From Bacteroidota bacterium (GTDB lineage: Bacteria > Bacteroidota > Bacteroidia > Cytophagales > Cyclobacteriaceae), in NCBI GenBank assembly GCA_039026695.1, contig JBCCLV010000005.1:990-64989 (forward strand): DNA of 64,000 nt, given 5' to 3'. This document shows, piece by piece, positions 45,856 to 56,185 of the stretch; within the stretch, counting starts at the first letter, position 1; each line of letters opens with the position of its first letter. Below the pieces are notes generated by a model, which was given only the letters and a program-made list of their open reading frames with translations, was not told where the DNA came from and did no database searches. Made by a program: the position numbers and the translations under genes.

Positions 45856-46439
45856 CAGTGGAGCGCTGGCCTTATTTCCAATCCTTCAAGTATGTCCCCT
45901 TCCAATTCTTTCATTTCTTCCAACCTTTTATAGACAGGTTCTTTATCGAAGTAGTTAAGCGCCATGCGGACAAAGATCTCTCCGTGTTTTGCTTCGCTTG
46001 CCCATAAGCGATGGTAAAATCTCTTAATTTCATTTTCTTCAAGGGCTTGATAAACGAGTTTAAAGCGCTCAGCACCTCTGGTTTCTACCAAAGAGGCAAG
46101 CAGCAAACGATCCATGAATCGTTCTTCCCGACCGTCTCGGCAAATCTTAATGAGATTTTGGATGTACATATCTTTCGGGATAGAATGATTGAGCTGTATT
46201 CCGCGATCCTGCATAATGTTATAGACATCCCTGAAGTGCTCTAGCTCCTCCACAGAGGTTTCGATAAGCTCGGGGATTATCTCTACTCTGTTAGGATATT
46301 TTGCAACAAGACTAAGTGCCATGCCCGACGCCTTGCGTTCACAATCGGCGTGATCTCTAAGGAAAGCGTCAAAATCCTGCATCACAGCGGCTATCCATTC
46401 CGGCTTGGACTCTACAGTAAGATCAATTCTAAACTTCAT
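45855..46439 (-). CDS. miaE: tRNA-(ms2io6A37)-hydroxylase MiaE-like ferritin-fold di-iron protein
   Basis: 194 aa. Its helical bundle has paired E..H-type motifs (DHADCERKASGMAL, EELEHF, ETRGAERF, EAKHGEIF), as in the short Bacteroidota MiaE family. The assignment is from motif memory only. Confidence 0.6.
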   Translation of the reverse strand: MKFRIDLTVESKPEWIAAVMQDFDAFLRDHADCERKASGMALSLVAKYPNRVEIIPELIETSVEELEHFRDVYNIMQDRGIQLNHSIPKDMYIQNLIKICRDGREERFMDRLLLASLVETRGAERFKLVYQALEENEIKRFYHRLWASEAKHGEIFVRMALNYFDKEPVYKRLEEMKELEGDILEGLEIRPALH

Positions 46440-46574
46440 CTAGTATTTTGGGAAACCCATTTCAATTTTTCCTGAAATTAGTTGCTTTAATGTTTAAAAC
46501 AATGATCAAAAAAACCACTTCTTTACACTAGCAAGCTTTAGTAGCCAACTCTTAATAATTGAAAAAATCAGCTT

Positions 46575-47216
46575 ATGAGGGAAGATATAGCTTCCATCCG
46601 AAAAGAATACACCAAGGACACTTTAGATATAAAATCAGTACATCGGGATCCGATAAGTCAGTTCGAAAATTGGTTTGATGAAGCACTAAAAAGCGGTATT
46701 GTCGAGCCAAATGCCATGACGCTGGCAACTGTAGATCAGGCAGGCAGTCCATTGCAGCGTACCGTTCTTCTCAAAAAAATCGCACGGAAAGCTTTCATCT
46801 TCTTTAGTAATTACAACAGTAGGAAAGCTTTACACATTGATGCAAACGCCCATGTTTCCCTGCTCTTTCCTTGGTATCAATTGGAGCGGCAGGTAATCAT
46901 TTGCGGTATAGCAAGCAAGATTTCTACTGAGGAGACAAAAGAGTACTTTCAATCAAGACCGAGGGGTAGTCAACTGGGCGCCTGGGTAAGCGAGCAAAGC
47001 ACGATCATAGAGGGGCGAAACGTTTTGGAAGACAAACTACGAGAATTAGAAAATAAATACAGCAACATCCCAATACCCGTACCACCACACTGGGGTGGCT
47101 ATGAAGTAGTCCCTTCTACAATCGAATTCTGGCAAGGAGGCACCAATAGACTCCATGATCGAATCTTATATACAAAAAATGGAAACGACTGGGGGATTGA
47201 TAGATTATCACCATAA
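46575..47216 (+). CDS. pdxH: Pyridoxamine 5'-phosphate oxidase
   Basis: 213 aa. Motifs: RTVLLK, FFSNYNSRKA and the C-terminal signature IEFWQGGTNRLHDRILY. Confidence 0.9.
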   Translation: MREDIASIRKEYTKDTLDIKSVHRDPISQFENWFDEALKSGIVEPNAMTLATVDQAGSPLQRTVLLKKIARKAFIFFSNYNSRKALHIDANAHVSLLFPWYQLERQVIICGIASKISTEETKEYFQSRPRGSQLGAWVSEQSTIIEGRNVLEDKLRELENKYSNIPIPVPPHWGGYEVVPSTIEFWQGGTNRLHDRILYTKNGNDWGIDRLSP

Positions 47217-47228
47217 TTTATTTATTGG

Positions 47229-48428
47229 TTGATGGAATCAATTTATCTCCAGCGGTATGCCTGGCCACAATCGCTTTTCCCTGATTTTGATCCTCCTAAA
47301 AACTTAGGTCTTATCATTGTGATCCCCGCGTTTAAAGAACCGGAAATACAGCTTGCACTTCAATCCCTCGATCAATGTATACCACCTGAGCAAGAGGTCC
47401 TGGTGATTGTTGTAATCAATGAAGCCAAGTCCGCTACCAAGGAGGTCTCCGAAATAAATCAAGTTTGTCTAAATAGGATCCGCGGATTCCAATCCAACCT
47501 TCAGATCTTAACATCCTACCTGAAGCTTCCTCAGAAGAAGGCGGGTGTGGGGCTAGCAAGAAAGATTGGTATGGATGAAGCAGTGAGAATCTTTCGAAAG
47601 ATAGATCGGGATGGAGTAATCATCTGCTACGATGCAGATACCCGGTGCGAAAAAAATTACCTGATCGAAATTGAAAAGACGTACGCAGATCACAAAGTGA
47701 ATGCTGGAGTTGTTTTTTATGAGCATCAACTAAATAGGGAAAATCATGATGCCATTCTCAATTATGAACTATACCTACGATATTACATAGATGCCATAAG
47801 ATTCACCGGCTTTCCTCATGCCTACCAGACCTTGGGATCCTGCATTACGGTAAGATGCTCGCATTATGAAAAAGTAGGCGGTATGAACACGCGAAAGGCG
47901 GGTGAAGACTTTTACTTTTTGAATAAAACCATTCCACTAGGAGGATTCAAAGAGATCAATACCACCACCCTAAGACCTTCTGATCGAGTATCTGATCGAG
48001 TGCCTTTTGGAACCGGAAAAGCCGTTCAAGAGATACTTAATGATACTGACGTATATCAGGTTTATCATCCAAATACTTTCGAAGACCTAAAGTTATTTTT
48101 TAGTCGCATAGATTGGCTTGCAGAATCCAACGAGTGGATGGTACCAAAGTCGGTCGTTGACTTTTTAGGAAGCGACTGGAGAGAAGAAATCACAGCGCTC
48201 AAATCACAAGTATCTGGAAGGGAAAACTTTGAACGGCGCTTTTATCATTGGTTTGATGCGTTCAAAATCATGAAGTTTGTGCATTTCTGCCGCGATTATT
48301 ACTACCAGAATGTAGAACTCAAGGAAGCGCTAGAATGGCTCAGACAGCAGACACATCACCTGCACGGTTCCTTGGCTTCTCAGCTCATTCAACTCAGGTA
48401 CCACGATCGGAATTACCAGTCTGCTTAA
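47229..48428 (+). CDS. Glycosyltransferase family 2 protein
   Basis: 399 aa. The GT-A start reads LIIVIPAFKEPE and the DxD-like context is ICYDADT. Confidence 0.7.
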   Translation: MMESIYLQRYAWPQSLFPDFDPPKNLGLIIVIPAFKEPEIQLALQSLDQCIPPEQEVLVIVVINEAKSATKEVSEINQVCLNRIRGFQSNLQILTSYLKLPQKKAGVGLARKIGMDEAVRIFRKIDRDGVIICYDADTRCEKNYLIEIEKTYADHKVNAGVVFYEHQLNRENHDAILNYELYLRYYIDAIRFTGFPHAYQTLGSCITVRCSHYEKVGGMNTRKAGEDFYFLNKTIPLGGFKEINTTTLRPSDRVSDRVPFGTGKAVQEILNDTDVYQVYHPNTFEDLKLFFSRIDWLAESNEWMVPKSVVDFLGSDWREEITALKSQVSGRENFERRFYHWFDAFKIMKFVHFCRDYYYQNVELKEALEWLRQQTHHLHGSLASQLIQLRYHDRNYQSA

Positions 48429-48775
48429 ATCTGCTCGTAAGTGATCTTTGCTTTGCTTTTCCCCTTGTCGTTAGAATCAAAGTACAGCACCTGATTTTTG
48501 AACAACGTTATTTTTTGAGTTTCCTTCCGCTTGATGGTGATGGTTTTTATGATGTCTCCCTTTTCCTGAATCCGAACGTTAAATGGTAATTTTCCAATAT
48601 TCTTTATTACAGCAATACACTCCTGACCTGCAAAAGGATTTATCGTAGCATCCTGGCCGGACCCCTTTCCGGTCATACACATACTTTGCGAAGGCTCAAG
48701 CACAAATTTGGTTTGTGCCTGCGCTTGCATTGAAAAGACTAGTAAGAGAATGGACGTAATAAGATAATTTTTCAT
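48425..48775 (-). CDS. Small secreted hypothetical protein
   Basis: 116 aa. It has a clear signal peptide (MKNYLITSILLLVFSMQAQAQ) but no recognisable domain. Its stop overlaps the GT2 stop (shared TTAA). Confidence 0.5.
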   Translation of the reverse strand: MKNYLITSILLLVFSMQAQAQTKFVLEPSQSMCMTGKGSGQDATINPFAGQECIAVIKNIGKLPFNVRIQEKGDIIKTITIKRKETQKITLFKNQVLYFDSNDKGKSKAKITYEQI

Positions 48776-48848
48776 GAATGTTCTTTTTCAGTGCGACTAA
48801 GGAAATCAAGTTACATATTTGAAAATTCTGAAATAGATAAAACGGGCA

Positions 48849-49661
48849 TCATTCCTGAGAAATCACTTGCAGAACCTTCCTTACCGAGCCATACCTTTTA
48901 AGGAGACCTTTTGCTTTCTCTGGTGAGATGTCGGATTTTGCGAGAATCATATTCACCCCTCTTTCCAAAAGTTTATCATTTGACAGCTGCATGTCCACCA
49001 TTTTATTGTCCTCTACCCTACCCAACTTGATCATTACAGCAGTTGATATCATATTGAGGACAAGCTTCTGTGCGGTGCCTGCTTTCATACGGGTACTGCC
49101 GGTTATAAACTCAGGTCCCACAAGCACTTCGATGGGAAGTTCAGCTGCTTGGGCTAGTCCAGTATTCTCATTGCAAGTGATACAGCCTGTCAGAAGTCCG
49201 TTTTTCCTGGCTTCTTCTACAGCACCAATTACATAAGGTGTTCGGCCAGAGGCCGCAATTCCTACTAGACAATCATTTGTAGTTGGTCGGTAAGGCAGGA
49301 TATCCAGCCAGCCTTGCTTATCATCATCCTCGGCAAACTCCACCGCCTTTCGGATGGCACCATCTCCTCCAGCAATCAGTCCGATGACCTGATCAAAAGG
49401 AACGCCAAAAGTGGGCGGACATTCAGAAGCGTCTACAATTCCTAACCTACCACTGGTCCCTGCTCCCAAGTAGAACAATCGTCCACCAGCCTTCATTCGA
49501 GGTACTATTGCGGAAACCAAAGCTTCCACGCCAGGAATAGCTTTTTGTACTGAAATAGCAACTTTTTGGTCCTCGGCGTTGATATTATTGAGCAGATCAC
49601 CAACGGACATGCTCTCCAGATGACGATACCGAGAATCTGATTCTGTAAGGCTTTTATCCAT
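48849..49661 (-). CDS. murQ: N-acetylmuramic acid 6-phosphate etherase (SIS domain)
   Basis: 270 aa. Motifs: GGRLFYLGAGTSGRLGIVDASECPPTFGV and ITGSTRMKAGTAQK. Confidence 0.9.
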   Translation of the reverse strand: MDKSLTESDSRYRHLESMSVGDLLNNINAEDQKVAISVQKAIPGVEALVSAIVPRMKAGGRLFYLGAGTSGRLGIVDASECPPTFGVPFDQVIGLIAGGDGAIRKAVEFAEDDDKQGWLDILPYRPTTNDCLVGIAASGRTPYVIGAVEEARKNGLLTGCITCNENTGLAQAAELPIEVLVGPEFITGSTRMKAGTAQKLVLNMISTAVMIKLGRVEDNKMVDMQLSNDKLLERGVNMILAKSDISPEKAKGLLKRYGSVRKVLQVISQE

Positions 49662-50502
49662 ACTGCTTATGATATGCCACTAAGCCTTCCATTGGAGACT
49701 GCACAATTTGCTCGATCTTCAAACCTTTTTCTTCCCAAACTTTGCGCAAAATAGAGGCGAAGTTCCAGGCGATTGAACCGGAAAAATGAAAGGAGTTTGA
49801 ATTCAACTTCCTATCACCGAAAAAGGCATCATAAAAATCAATAAAAGCCTCCTTGATAAGCTGAGCAATGGATGGATCTGTTTGCAACTGATTCAAAAAT
49901 TTCGCGAAAGATGCGAGGTATTGGTTTGGCTTTGACCCTCGATGTAGCTTAGTTAAAATGCTGTCTAGTGACTCGCTGTATCTATCGTGAAAAGCATCAA
50001 TGATGTCTTTAGAAAGTCTCTTTCTGTAAATGGCCTGAAGCAACTTTTTACCCAGATACGCACCAGAACCTTCATCTCCCAAAATAAAACCTAATGAGGC
50101 ACTAACGTCAATATTTGTCTCACCATCATAATAGGTAGCATTGGCACCAGTGCCAAGAATGCAAACATTTCCAGTGCTCCGTCCGCACATTGATCTTGCC
50201 ACTGCCAGCAAATCATTTTCTACGTAGATGCTGTCATGAAAAAATTCTGAAAGTTGCTTTGCAACATCACTTTTTTGCTTCGCATTTTGTATCCCTGCTG
50301 CGTAAAAATGGACAGGGATAGTACTTCCCAAATAGTCTGATAATACTTCCTTTGAGTCAGTTTTAAATGCTTCAATATCGTGCGTGAAAGGATTGAACCC
50401 GGTAGTGGCTAAGCTTTTGGCTGTATCATCATGCACAATTTTCCACTGAGTACCGCTGCCCCCTGCATCTGCAATAATAAAATCTGCTTCTTTCTTACTC
50501 AA
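49654..50502 (-). CDS. BadF/BadG/BcrA/BcrD-type ATPase family sugar kinase (GlcNAc/MurNAc kinase, MurK-like)
   Basis: 282 aa. ASKHA-fold motifs: IADAGGSGTQW, ILGTGANA and GFILGDEGSGAYLG. It overlaps murQ by 8 nt. Confidence 0.75.
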   Translation of the reverse strand: MSKKEADFIIADAGGSGTQWKIVHDDTAKSLATTGFNPFTHDIEAFKTDSKEVLSDYLGSTIPVHFYAAGIQNAKQKSDVAKQLSEFFHDSIYVENDLLAVARSMCGRSTGNVCILGTGANATYYDGETNIDVSASLGFILGDEGSGAYLGKKLLQAIYRKRLSKDIIDAFHDRYSESLDSILTKLHRGSKPNQYLASFAKFLNQLQTDPSIAQLIKEAFIDFYDAFFGDRKLNSNSFHFSGSIAWNFASILRKVWEEKGLKIEQIVQSPMEGLVAYHKQYG

Positions 50503-50517
50503 TCTTCGGTTTTCTTA

Positions 50518-51816
50518 TCAAATTAACATTTCTCTAAGGAGTCGATCTAGTTTAACAGCAAGCGCTTTGTGCGAAAATCGACTGATAAGCCCATCCGCGT
50601 CCTCAGCATCGGGAACAGGCCTGCTTTGCATTGCTTGATTCAAAAAATCGGAAAGTGCAGATTCGCTTTCATACTGAAGTATTGTTGCCACCTTTTTTGC
50701 TCGTATCAAGTCAGCCAGGTCGCTTTCAGTAGGTCCCAGACAAAGAATCCAACGTTTTGCTGAAAGATATTCGAAAAATTTTACCGGTAAGATCCATGGA
50801 GAATTGGAAGACTTGTTCAACAGCAAAAGAAGCATGTCGCATCTGTTGTATTCAATTTGTACTTCGCTGTGCGAGAGGTAGCCCAGAAAAGTTGACTTTT
50901 CTTTCAAATAAGGATAATTCGTAATTTCCTCTTTGATCGATGCTCCCACAATTCCACCAATTCGGACCTGTAGTTTTTCAGCAAAATTCGCATCTTTCTG
51001 ACAAAGCTGATCAAGCACTTTCCACAACAATGATGGATTGCGTAACTCGTTCAGCATGCCAAAATACCCAATGGTAAACTTCGTTTCATCGGTATCAATC
51101 TTATTACGCTGCGGAATGGAAACCCCATTATGCAATACTTCAACTTTATACTTTTTCTGCGCTAAGGCAATGGATAATCTATCACTTACAGTTGTACAGA
51201 GATCAGCGCTTTTAAGTACAGAGGCTTCCATGTGCCGGTGGACTTTCAGCACCAATTGCGAAGTATTGAGCTTTTCTAAAATATCCCATTTACTCCACGG
51301 ATCCCTGAAGTCTGCCAACCACTTTACCCCGGTTTTCTTCTTCACTTTTCTGCCAACAAGGTGCATACTATGAGGTGGACCTGTAGTAATCATCACTTCG
51401 ATGCCTCCTTCTCTGATCTGCTTTTCTGCAAGCTTACTGGCTGATTTTACCCAAAAGACACGTGGATCGGGAATAAAAAAATTGCCCCGGATCCATACCG
51501 CTATACGATCTTTCCACCCCTTATCTTTTTTTTCCATCACCAATCCCTGCTGCACATTTTTCCGCTCTCTATTTCCTGTGAGCCTGTGAAATAGCTGGAA
51601 TGGCTCCCAGATTGGGATCTTATACGTAGCAAGATGCGCTACTAGTGGTCGCAAGGATTCGTCAGAAACGGAAAACTGTGGATTTTCCGGGGTGAGAATG
51701 ATGGGCTCCCATCCCAATCTCTCAAGTTGAAGCGCGAAATTTAACCATCGCTGTACGCCTACTCCACCGCTGGGAGGCCAATAGTAAGTGATGATTAAGA
51801 TTTTCCTAGCTTCCAT
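50518..51816 (-). CDS. Glycosyltransferase (GT4/GT-B-like)
   Basis: 432 aa. The N-terminal block reads ILIITYYWPPSGGVGVQRW. The C-terminal Rossmann half contains the FFEYLSAKR context. Confidence 0.65.
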   Translation of the reverse strand: MEARKILIITYYWPPSGGVGVQRWLNFALQLERLGWEPIILTPENPQFSVSDESLRPLVAHLATYKIPIWEPFQLFHRLTGNRERKNVQQGLVMEKKDKGWKDRIAVWIRGNFFIPDPRVFWVKSASKLAEKQIREGGIEVMITTGPPHSMHLVGRKVKKKTGVKWLADFRDPWSKWDILEKLNTSQLVLKVHRHMEASVLKSADLCTTVSDRLSIALAQKKYKVEVLHNGVSIPQRNKIDTDETKFTIGYFGMLNELRNPSLLWKVLDQLCQKDANFAEKLQVRIGGIVGASIKEEITNYPYLKEKSTFLGYLSHSEVQIEYNRCDMLLLLLNKSSNSPWILPVKFFEYLSAKRWILCLGPTESDLADLIRAKKVATILQYESESALSDFLNQAMQSRPVPDAEDADGLISRFSHKALAVKLDRLLREMLI

Positions 51817-51872
51817 ACGAATAGGTGCAAGTTGTTACGTTCCGTCATGAATGCAAACTGCTCTTTCAAATT

Positions 51873-52823
51873 CTAACTTCCTTGCTTTTGCGATAGATGG
51901 GAATCAATTAATTCAGTAATCTTTCCAAAAGAAGCTGGATGGTACCAAAAAATATCGTCATATGACCTCAGCCAGGTTAATTGACGTTTTGCATATCTCC
52001 TGGTATTTCTTTTAAGCAGTCTTATGGCTTCTGAACGATCGTACTTTCCGTCTAAATACTCAAAAATTTCCTTGTAGCCTACCGTCTGCAAGGCATTGAG
52101 ATCACGATGCTTCTTCAATGCGCTAGCCTCGTCAAAAAGACCTGCTCTTATCATCACATCCATTCGCCCGTTAATTTTCTGATAAAGCGCTTCACGATCA
52201 AGTTCAATACCAACCTTTAGGTTCTTGTAAGGAAGCTGCTGCCTCTCTCCTTTTCGAAAAGATGAAAAAGGCTTCCCCGAAGATCTTATCACTTCCAGTG
52301 CTCTCACAATTCTTTGACCATTTTTATGGTCAACCTGCTGGTAGAATTCCGGGTCACTTTCCTTCAACTCAGCTAGCAAGTAAGGCAAACCCTTTGTCTT
52401 CAGACTGTTATTAAGAATTTCTCGTTCTGACTTAGACACCTTCGGTATTTCATCAAATCCTTCCCAAATGGCTTTCAAATAGAGCGTAGACCCGCCTACA
52501 ACAAATAACACAGGGTGTACCTTCCCTAACTGCGCGATCTTGACTTTAGCATTTTGTTCAAAAAATCCAGCGCTGTATTCATCCAAAATAGAATGTGAAT
52601 CAACAAAATGATGTCTCACCTGAGCGAGTTCATCCTTCGAGGGTTTTGCCGTCCCAATTGTCATTTCTTTATACAACTGGCGTGAATCAGCAGAAATAAT
52701 CTCTGTTTTGTAATGATTGGCAAGCTTAATTCCCAGACTGGTTTTCCCCACAGCCGTGGGACCAACAATCGACACAAGTAGCGGTTTCTGACTGCCGTGG
52801 CTATCGTCTTTAAAATCGCACAT
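51873..52823 (-). CDS. miaA: tRNA dimethylallyltransferase
   Basis: 316 aa. The P-loop is GPTAVGKTSLGIKLA; further motifs are SADSRQLYKEMTIGTAKP and RRYAKRQLTW. Confidence 0.92.
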   Translation of the reverse strand: MCDFKDDSHGSQKPLLVSIVGPTAVGKTSLGIKLANHYKTEIISADSRQLYKEMTIGTAKPSKDELAQVRHHFVDSHSILDEYSAGFFEQNAKVKIAQLGKVHPVLFVVGGSTLYLKAIWEGFDEIPKVSKSEREILNNSLKTKGLPYLLAELKESDPEFYQQVDHKNGQRIVRALEVIRSSGKPFSSFRKGERQQLPYKNLKVGIELDREALYQKINGRMDVMIRAGLFDEASALKKHRDLNALQTVGYKEIFEYLDGKYDRSEAIRLLKRNTRRYAKRQLTWLRSYDDIFWYHPASFGKITELIDSHLSQKQGS

Positions 52824-52924
52824 CTAGCAAACATCTTTGGATTGATGGGAATTGACTTTTTCCAATAAAAAATATGTCGATTTAATTACTTTTTGCAGCA
52901 CGAAAATTCCTAATTTTAATTGTC

Positions 52925-55900
52925 ATGAATCTGGTAGAACCGACACCTGAAGATCTGAAGGCGAAGATATCTAAACTTGAACGTCAGCTTGATTCGGCCC
53001 AAAAAAACTACCATACACTGATCGATAAAACCAATCAGAACCTCAAAGACCTTTTTGACAATTCAAATGACCTGATCATTTTATTCCGCAGTACCGGAGA
53101 GATCCGATTTGCAAATGAAGCTGTCAAAAACAAACTTGGTTACCAGGAGAATGAGGTTTCAAACCTCAAATTCCTTGACCTAGTCCACGAAGACCATCGC
53201 CGAGAGGCACTGCAAAATATTCTCAAGATTACAGCAGGAAGTCGGTTTGAAAAATTTGAAACTGTACTGATTTCCAAGACCGAAAAGAATGTCTACGTAA
53301 CAGGAAAGATGACAGCTGTATTTGAGAACAATGAGCCAATAGAGTACCGCTGTGTATTTTACGACATTACAGAACGCATAAGAGCTGAAAGCGCACAAAG
53401 CCTATATTATCAAATTGGCAATATCACCATAACTGAAAATGACCTGGAACAGCTGTACCAGAACATATACAAGCAGCTGAACCAAATGCTCAAGGTTAAA
53501 AATTTTCAGATCAATTTAAGAGAGCGTAAAGCCTACCGTCAAGTATTCTGTATCAATGAGAAGATGGCAGAAGATAAAATGATCTTTGACGTAGATCAGG
53601 TGCTCATGGATTACGCCATAGAGCGTAACAGGTCCTTGATCATCTATCAAGAAGGTATTGAGAAAATTGCTGAACAGCAGAAGATCAAATTTCACGATCC
53701 GGTTCCAAAAATTTGGCTGGGAGTGCGCATAAATACAGCAAGTGCTACCGGAATCATGTCAGTTTGTAGCTACAAAGACCAAAGTGGGTTGAATAACAAA
53801 GACCTTGAGCTACTAGACTATATCGCAGGGCAGATTAGCCTCGCGATGGAACGACAGGATAAAGAGGAGACAATTGAAAGCCAGGCTGCGACCTTGGGTG
53901 CGATATTTGATAGCAGCACACACGAAATCTGGTCGGTAGATAAAAAACTAAGATTTACCTCTTTCAATGAAAATTACGAGGAAGCATTTCAGCGCTATTA
54001 TGATATAGCCCCAAAAATTGGTGAGAGCCTTCAAGAAGTTTCGCTAGATAAGCTCTCAATGCAGCGTGTGAAATTCTGGATTGAAAAGTACAATGAAGCA
54101 TTTGATGGAAATGCTGTCAATTTTCAAATAAAAACAAAAGATCGAGCAGGCAGGATGATCTGGCGGGAAGTCTTCATTAATCCGATTTTTTTACCAGACG
54201 GAAGAATTGAAGAAATTGCTGTGCTCGCCAATGATATTAGCGAAAAGAAAGAATCAGAGAGCGCGCTAATTGAGAGCGAAGAGAAGTTCAGGAATATCTT
54301 CGTATCCTTCCAAGATGTATACTTTAGGTGCGATATGGACGGTATCATCACCATGATGAGCCCCTCAGTCCTTGAGGTGATAGGCTATTCTTCTAAAGAC
54401 GTCCTTGGCACAAGCATTATGGATTATGCAGACGATAAACGGCAGATCCTGCAGATGTTCACCAGGGTAGCAGATGAAAAAAGAATCCGAAATATTGAGG
54501 CTAAGATCAAGAGTTCCTCAGGAGACAAGTTGTCCCTTCTATTCAATATAAGATTGATTCATAAAGATGATCAAGGCATGGAGATTGAAGGTGTCGCTAG
54601 AGACATTACACAACTTCGCCAAGCCAATGAGCAACTTAAAAAAGCAAAAGAGACTGCAGAGCATTCCCTTAAAGTAAAGGAGCGCTTCCTGGCCAATATG
54701 AGTCATGAAATCCGAACTCCCATGAATGGAATTATCGGAATGATTGATGTCTTGGCAAGTACTCCTCTTGATGGTGAGCAAACGGAATTCGTTAAGACCA
54801 TCAATAAATCATCCCAAACTCTTCTCAATATCCTGAACGATATTTTGGATCTATCGAAGATTGAGGCTGGAAAAATGGATCTCAAGAGGGAACCGATCGA
54901 CCTTCTCAAGACGATGGAAAAAGTGTACAGTTTGTACACACAGCAAGCCTCGCAGAAAGGCCATACACTTTTCTATCATGTAGACCCGGAGATCCCTAAG
55001 TGGATCCTGGCAGATGAAACCCGCCTGATCCAGATCATCTCCAACCTTACTTCAAACTCGATAAAGTTCAATAACAAGAAGGGAGACATTAATATGAGTA
55101 TCCGTATTCAAGAGCGGATTGGCAATACTTACTTATTCAAAGTCTCAGTAAAGGATTCCGGAATCGGCATTTCAGAGGAAGATAAAGAAGCGCTATTCCA
55201 AAGCTTTCATCAACTAGACAATAGCAGTTCTAAAAATTTTGGAGGGACTGGCCTTGGTTTGGCGATTTCCAAAGAACTAGTGCGCGCGATGGCGGGAGAA
55301 ATCGGGGTGGTATCCACTGTGGGTCTGGGCAGCACTTTCTGGTTTACATTCAAATCCACCAAAGTAGATTCCGATCATGAAGAACCGCAATCTGATACAG
55401 CACTTAGAGATCAATTTATCAATCAAAAACCTAGAATTTTACTGGTAGATGATAATGATGTAAATAGAAAAGTGGCAAGCAACATCCTGATAAAATCCGG
55501 CTGCAGCGTCATTGAAGCTGTAGATGGATTTCAGGCAATAGAAAAAGTGCAGCATCAGCGATTCGATCTCATTCTAATGGATATTCAAATGCCGAAGATG
55601 GACGGAACTGAGGCAACCCAAAAGATTCGAGATTTAGGGCTTAAAAAATGTCCTCCCATTATTGCCATGACCGCCTATTCAATGGAAGAGGACCGAGATC
55701 GATTTATAGGTGCAGGGCTAGATGATTACCTGTCGAAACCGATAAAAGCAGACGCATTGATCCGAAAGATTAAGGAATGGTTACAACTTTCTCATGAAGT
55801 TCAGGAAAATGGTGCTACATCAAAACAGGAAAAACGAGATCAGGTCATTAATCAAGAAACCCTGGACCAGCTGGCCAAGTATGGCGGACAAGAATTAATC

Positions 55901-56185
55901 TCGTCTGCACTTGCTGATTTTGAAGAAGAAGCAACGCAACTAGTAAGAAACACCATCATGCAGTATAAGGACAGAAATTTTGCTAAAATGAAAGGTGAAC
56001 TACACACTTTGAAAGGCAACTCAGGGACACTTGGCGTAGAAAAACTCGCAACTCAGGCAGCCTATATTGAAAGAAAACTAAAAGAAAATAACTTTGACCA
56101 CCTAAAAGAAGAGCTTGTGCGGTTGAATGAGCTTTTTAAAGAGTTCAAGGCACTTCACCGAAAGATACCAGTCCCTAATGAATAA
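52925..56185 (+). CDS. Hybrid sensor histidine kinase/response regulator (PAS-GAF-PAS-PAS-HisKA-HATPase-REC-HPt)
   Basis: 1086 aa, cytoplasmic with no TM segment. H-box ANMSHEIRTPMNGIIG and G-box GGTGLGLAISKELV. The REC domain reads ILLVDDNDVNRKV...DLILMDIQMPKMDG. The HPt motif is LHTLKGNSGTLG. Confidence 0.9.
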   Translation: MNLVEPTPEDLKAKISKLERQLDSAQKNYHTLIDKTNQNLKDLFDNSNDLIILFRSTGEIRFANEAVKNKLGYQENEVSNLKFLDLVHEDHRREALQNILKITAGSRFEKFETVLISKTEKNVYVTGKMTAVFENNEPIEYRCVFYDITERIRAESAQSLYYQIGNITITENDLEQLYQNIYKQLNQMLKVKNFQINLRERKAYRQVFCINEKMAEDKMIFDVDQVLMDYAIERNRSLIIYQEGIEKIAEQQKIKFHDPVPKIWLGVRINTASATGIMSVCSYKDQSGLNNKDLELLDYIAGQISLAMERQDKEETIESQAATLGAIFDSSTHEIWSVDKKLRFTSFNENYEEAFQRYYDIAPKIGESLQEVSLDKLSMQRVKFWIEKYNEAFDGNAVNFQIKTKDRAGRMIWREVFINPIFLPDGRIEEIAVLANDISEKKESESALIESEEKFRNIFVSFQDVYFRCDMDGIITMMSPSVLEVIGYSSKDVLGTSIMDYADDKRQILQMFTRVADEKRIRNIEAKIKSSSGDKLSLLFNIRLIHKDDQGMEIEGVARDITQLRQANEQLKKAKETAEHSLKVKERFLANMSHEIRTPMNGIIGMIDVLASTPLDGEQTEFVKTINKSSQTLLNILNDILDLSKIEAGKMDLKREPIDLLKTMEKVYSLYTQQASQKGHTLFYHVDPEIPKWILADETRLIQIISNLTSNSIKFNNKKGDINMSIRIQERIGNTYLFKVSVKDSGIGISEEDKEALFQSFHQLDNSSSKNFGGTGLGLAISKELVRAMAGEIGVVSTVGLGSTFWFTFKSTKVDSDHEEPQSDTALRDQFINQKPRILLVDDNDVNRKVASNILIKSGCSVIEAVDGFQAIEKVQHQRFDLILMDIQMPKMDGTEATQKIRDLGLKKCPPIIAMTAYSMEEDRDRFIGAGLDDYLSKPIKADALIRKIKEWLQLSHEVQENGATSKQEKRDQVINQETLDQLAKYGGQELISSALADFEEEATQLVRNTIMQYKDRNFAKMKGELHTLKGNSGTLGVEKLATQAAYIERKLKENNFDHLKEELVRLNELFKEFKALHRKIPVPNE

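Noticed and set aside
48425-48428. Convergent genes whose stop codons share the tetranucleotide TTAA (GT2 on +, small secreted protein on -). Similarly, the stops at 5347 and 5349 are 1 nt apart.
   Set aside because: The observation is real but trivial, reflecting compact genome organisation. There is no room for a terminator, which implies read-through or antisense overlap. Nothing suggests a specific mechanism.
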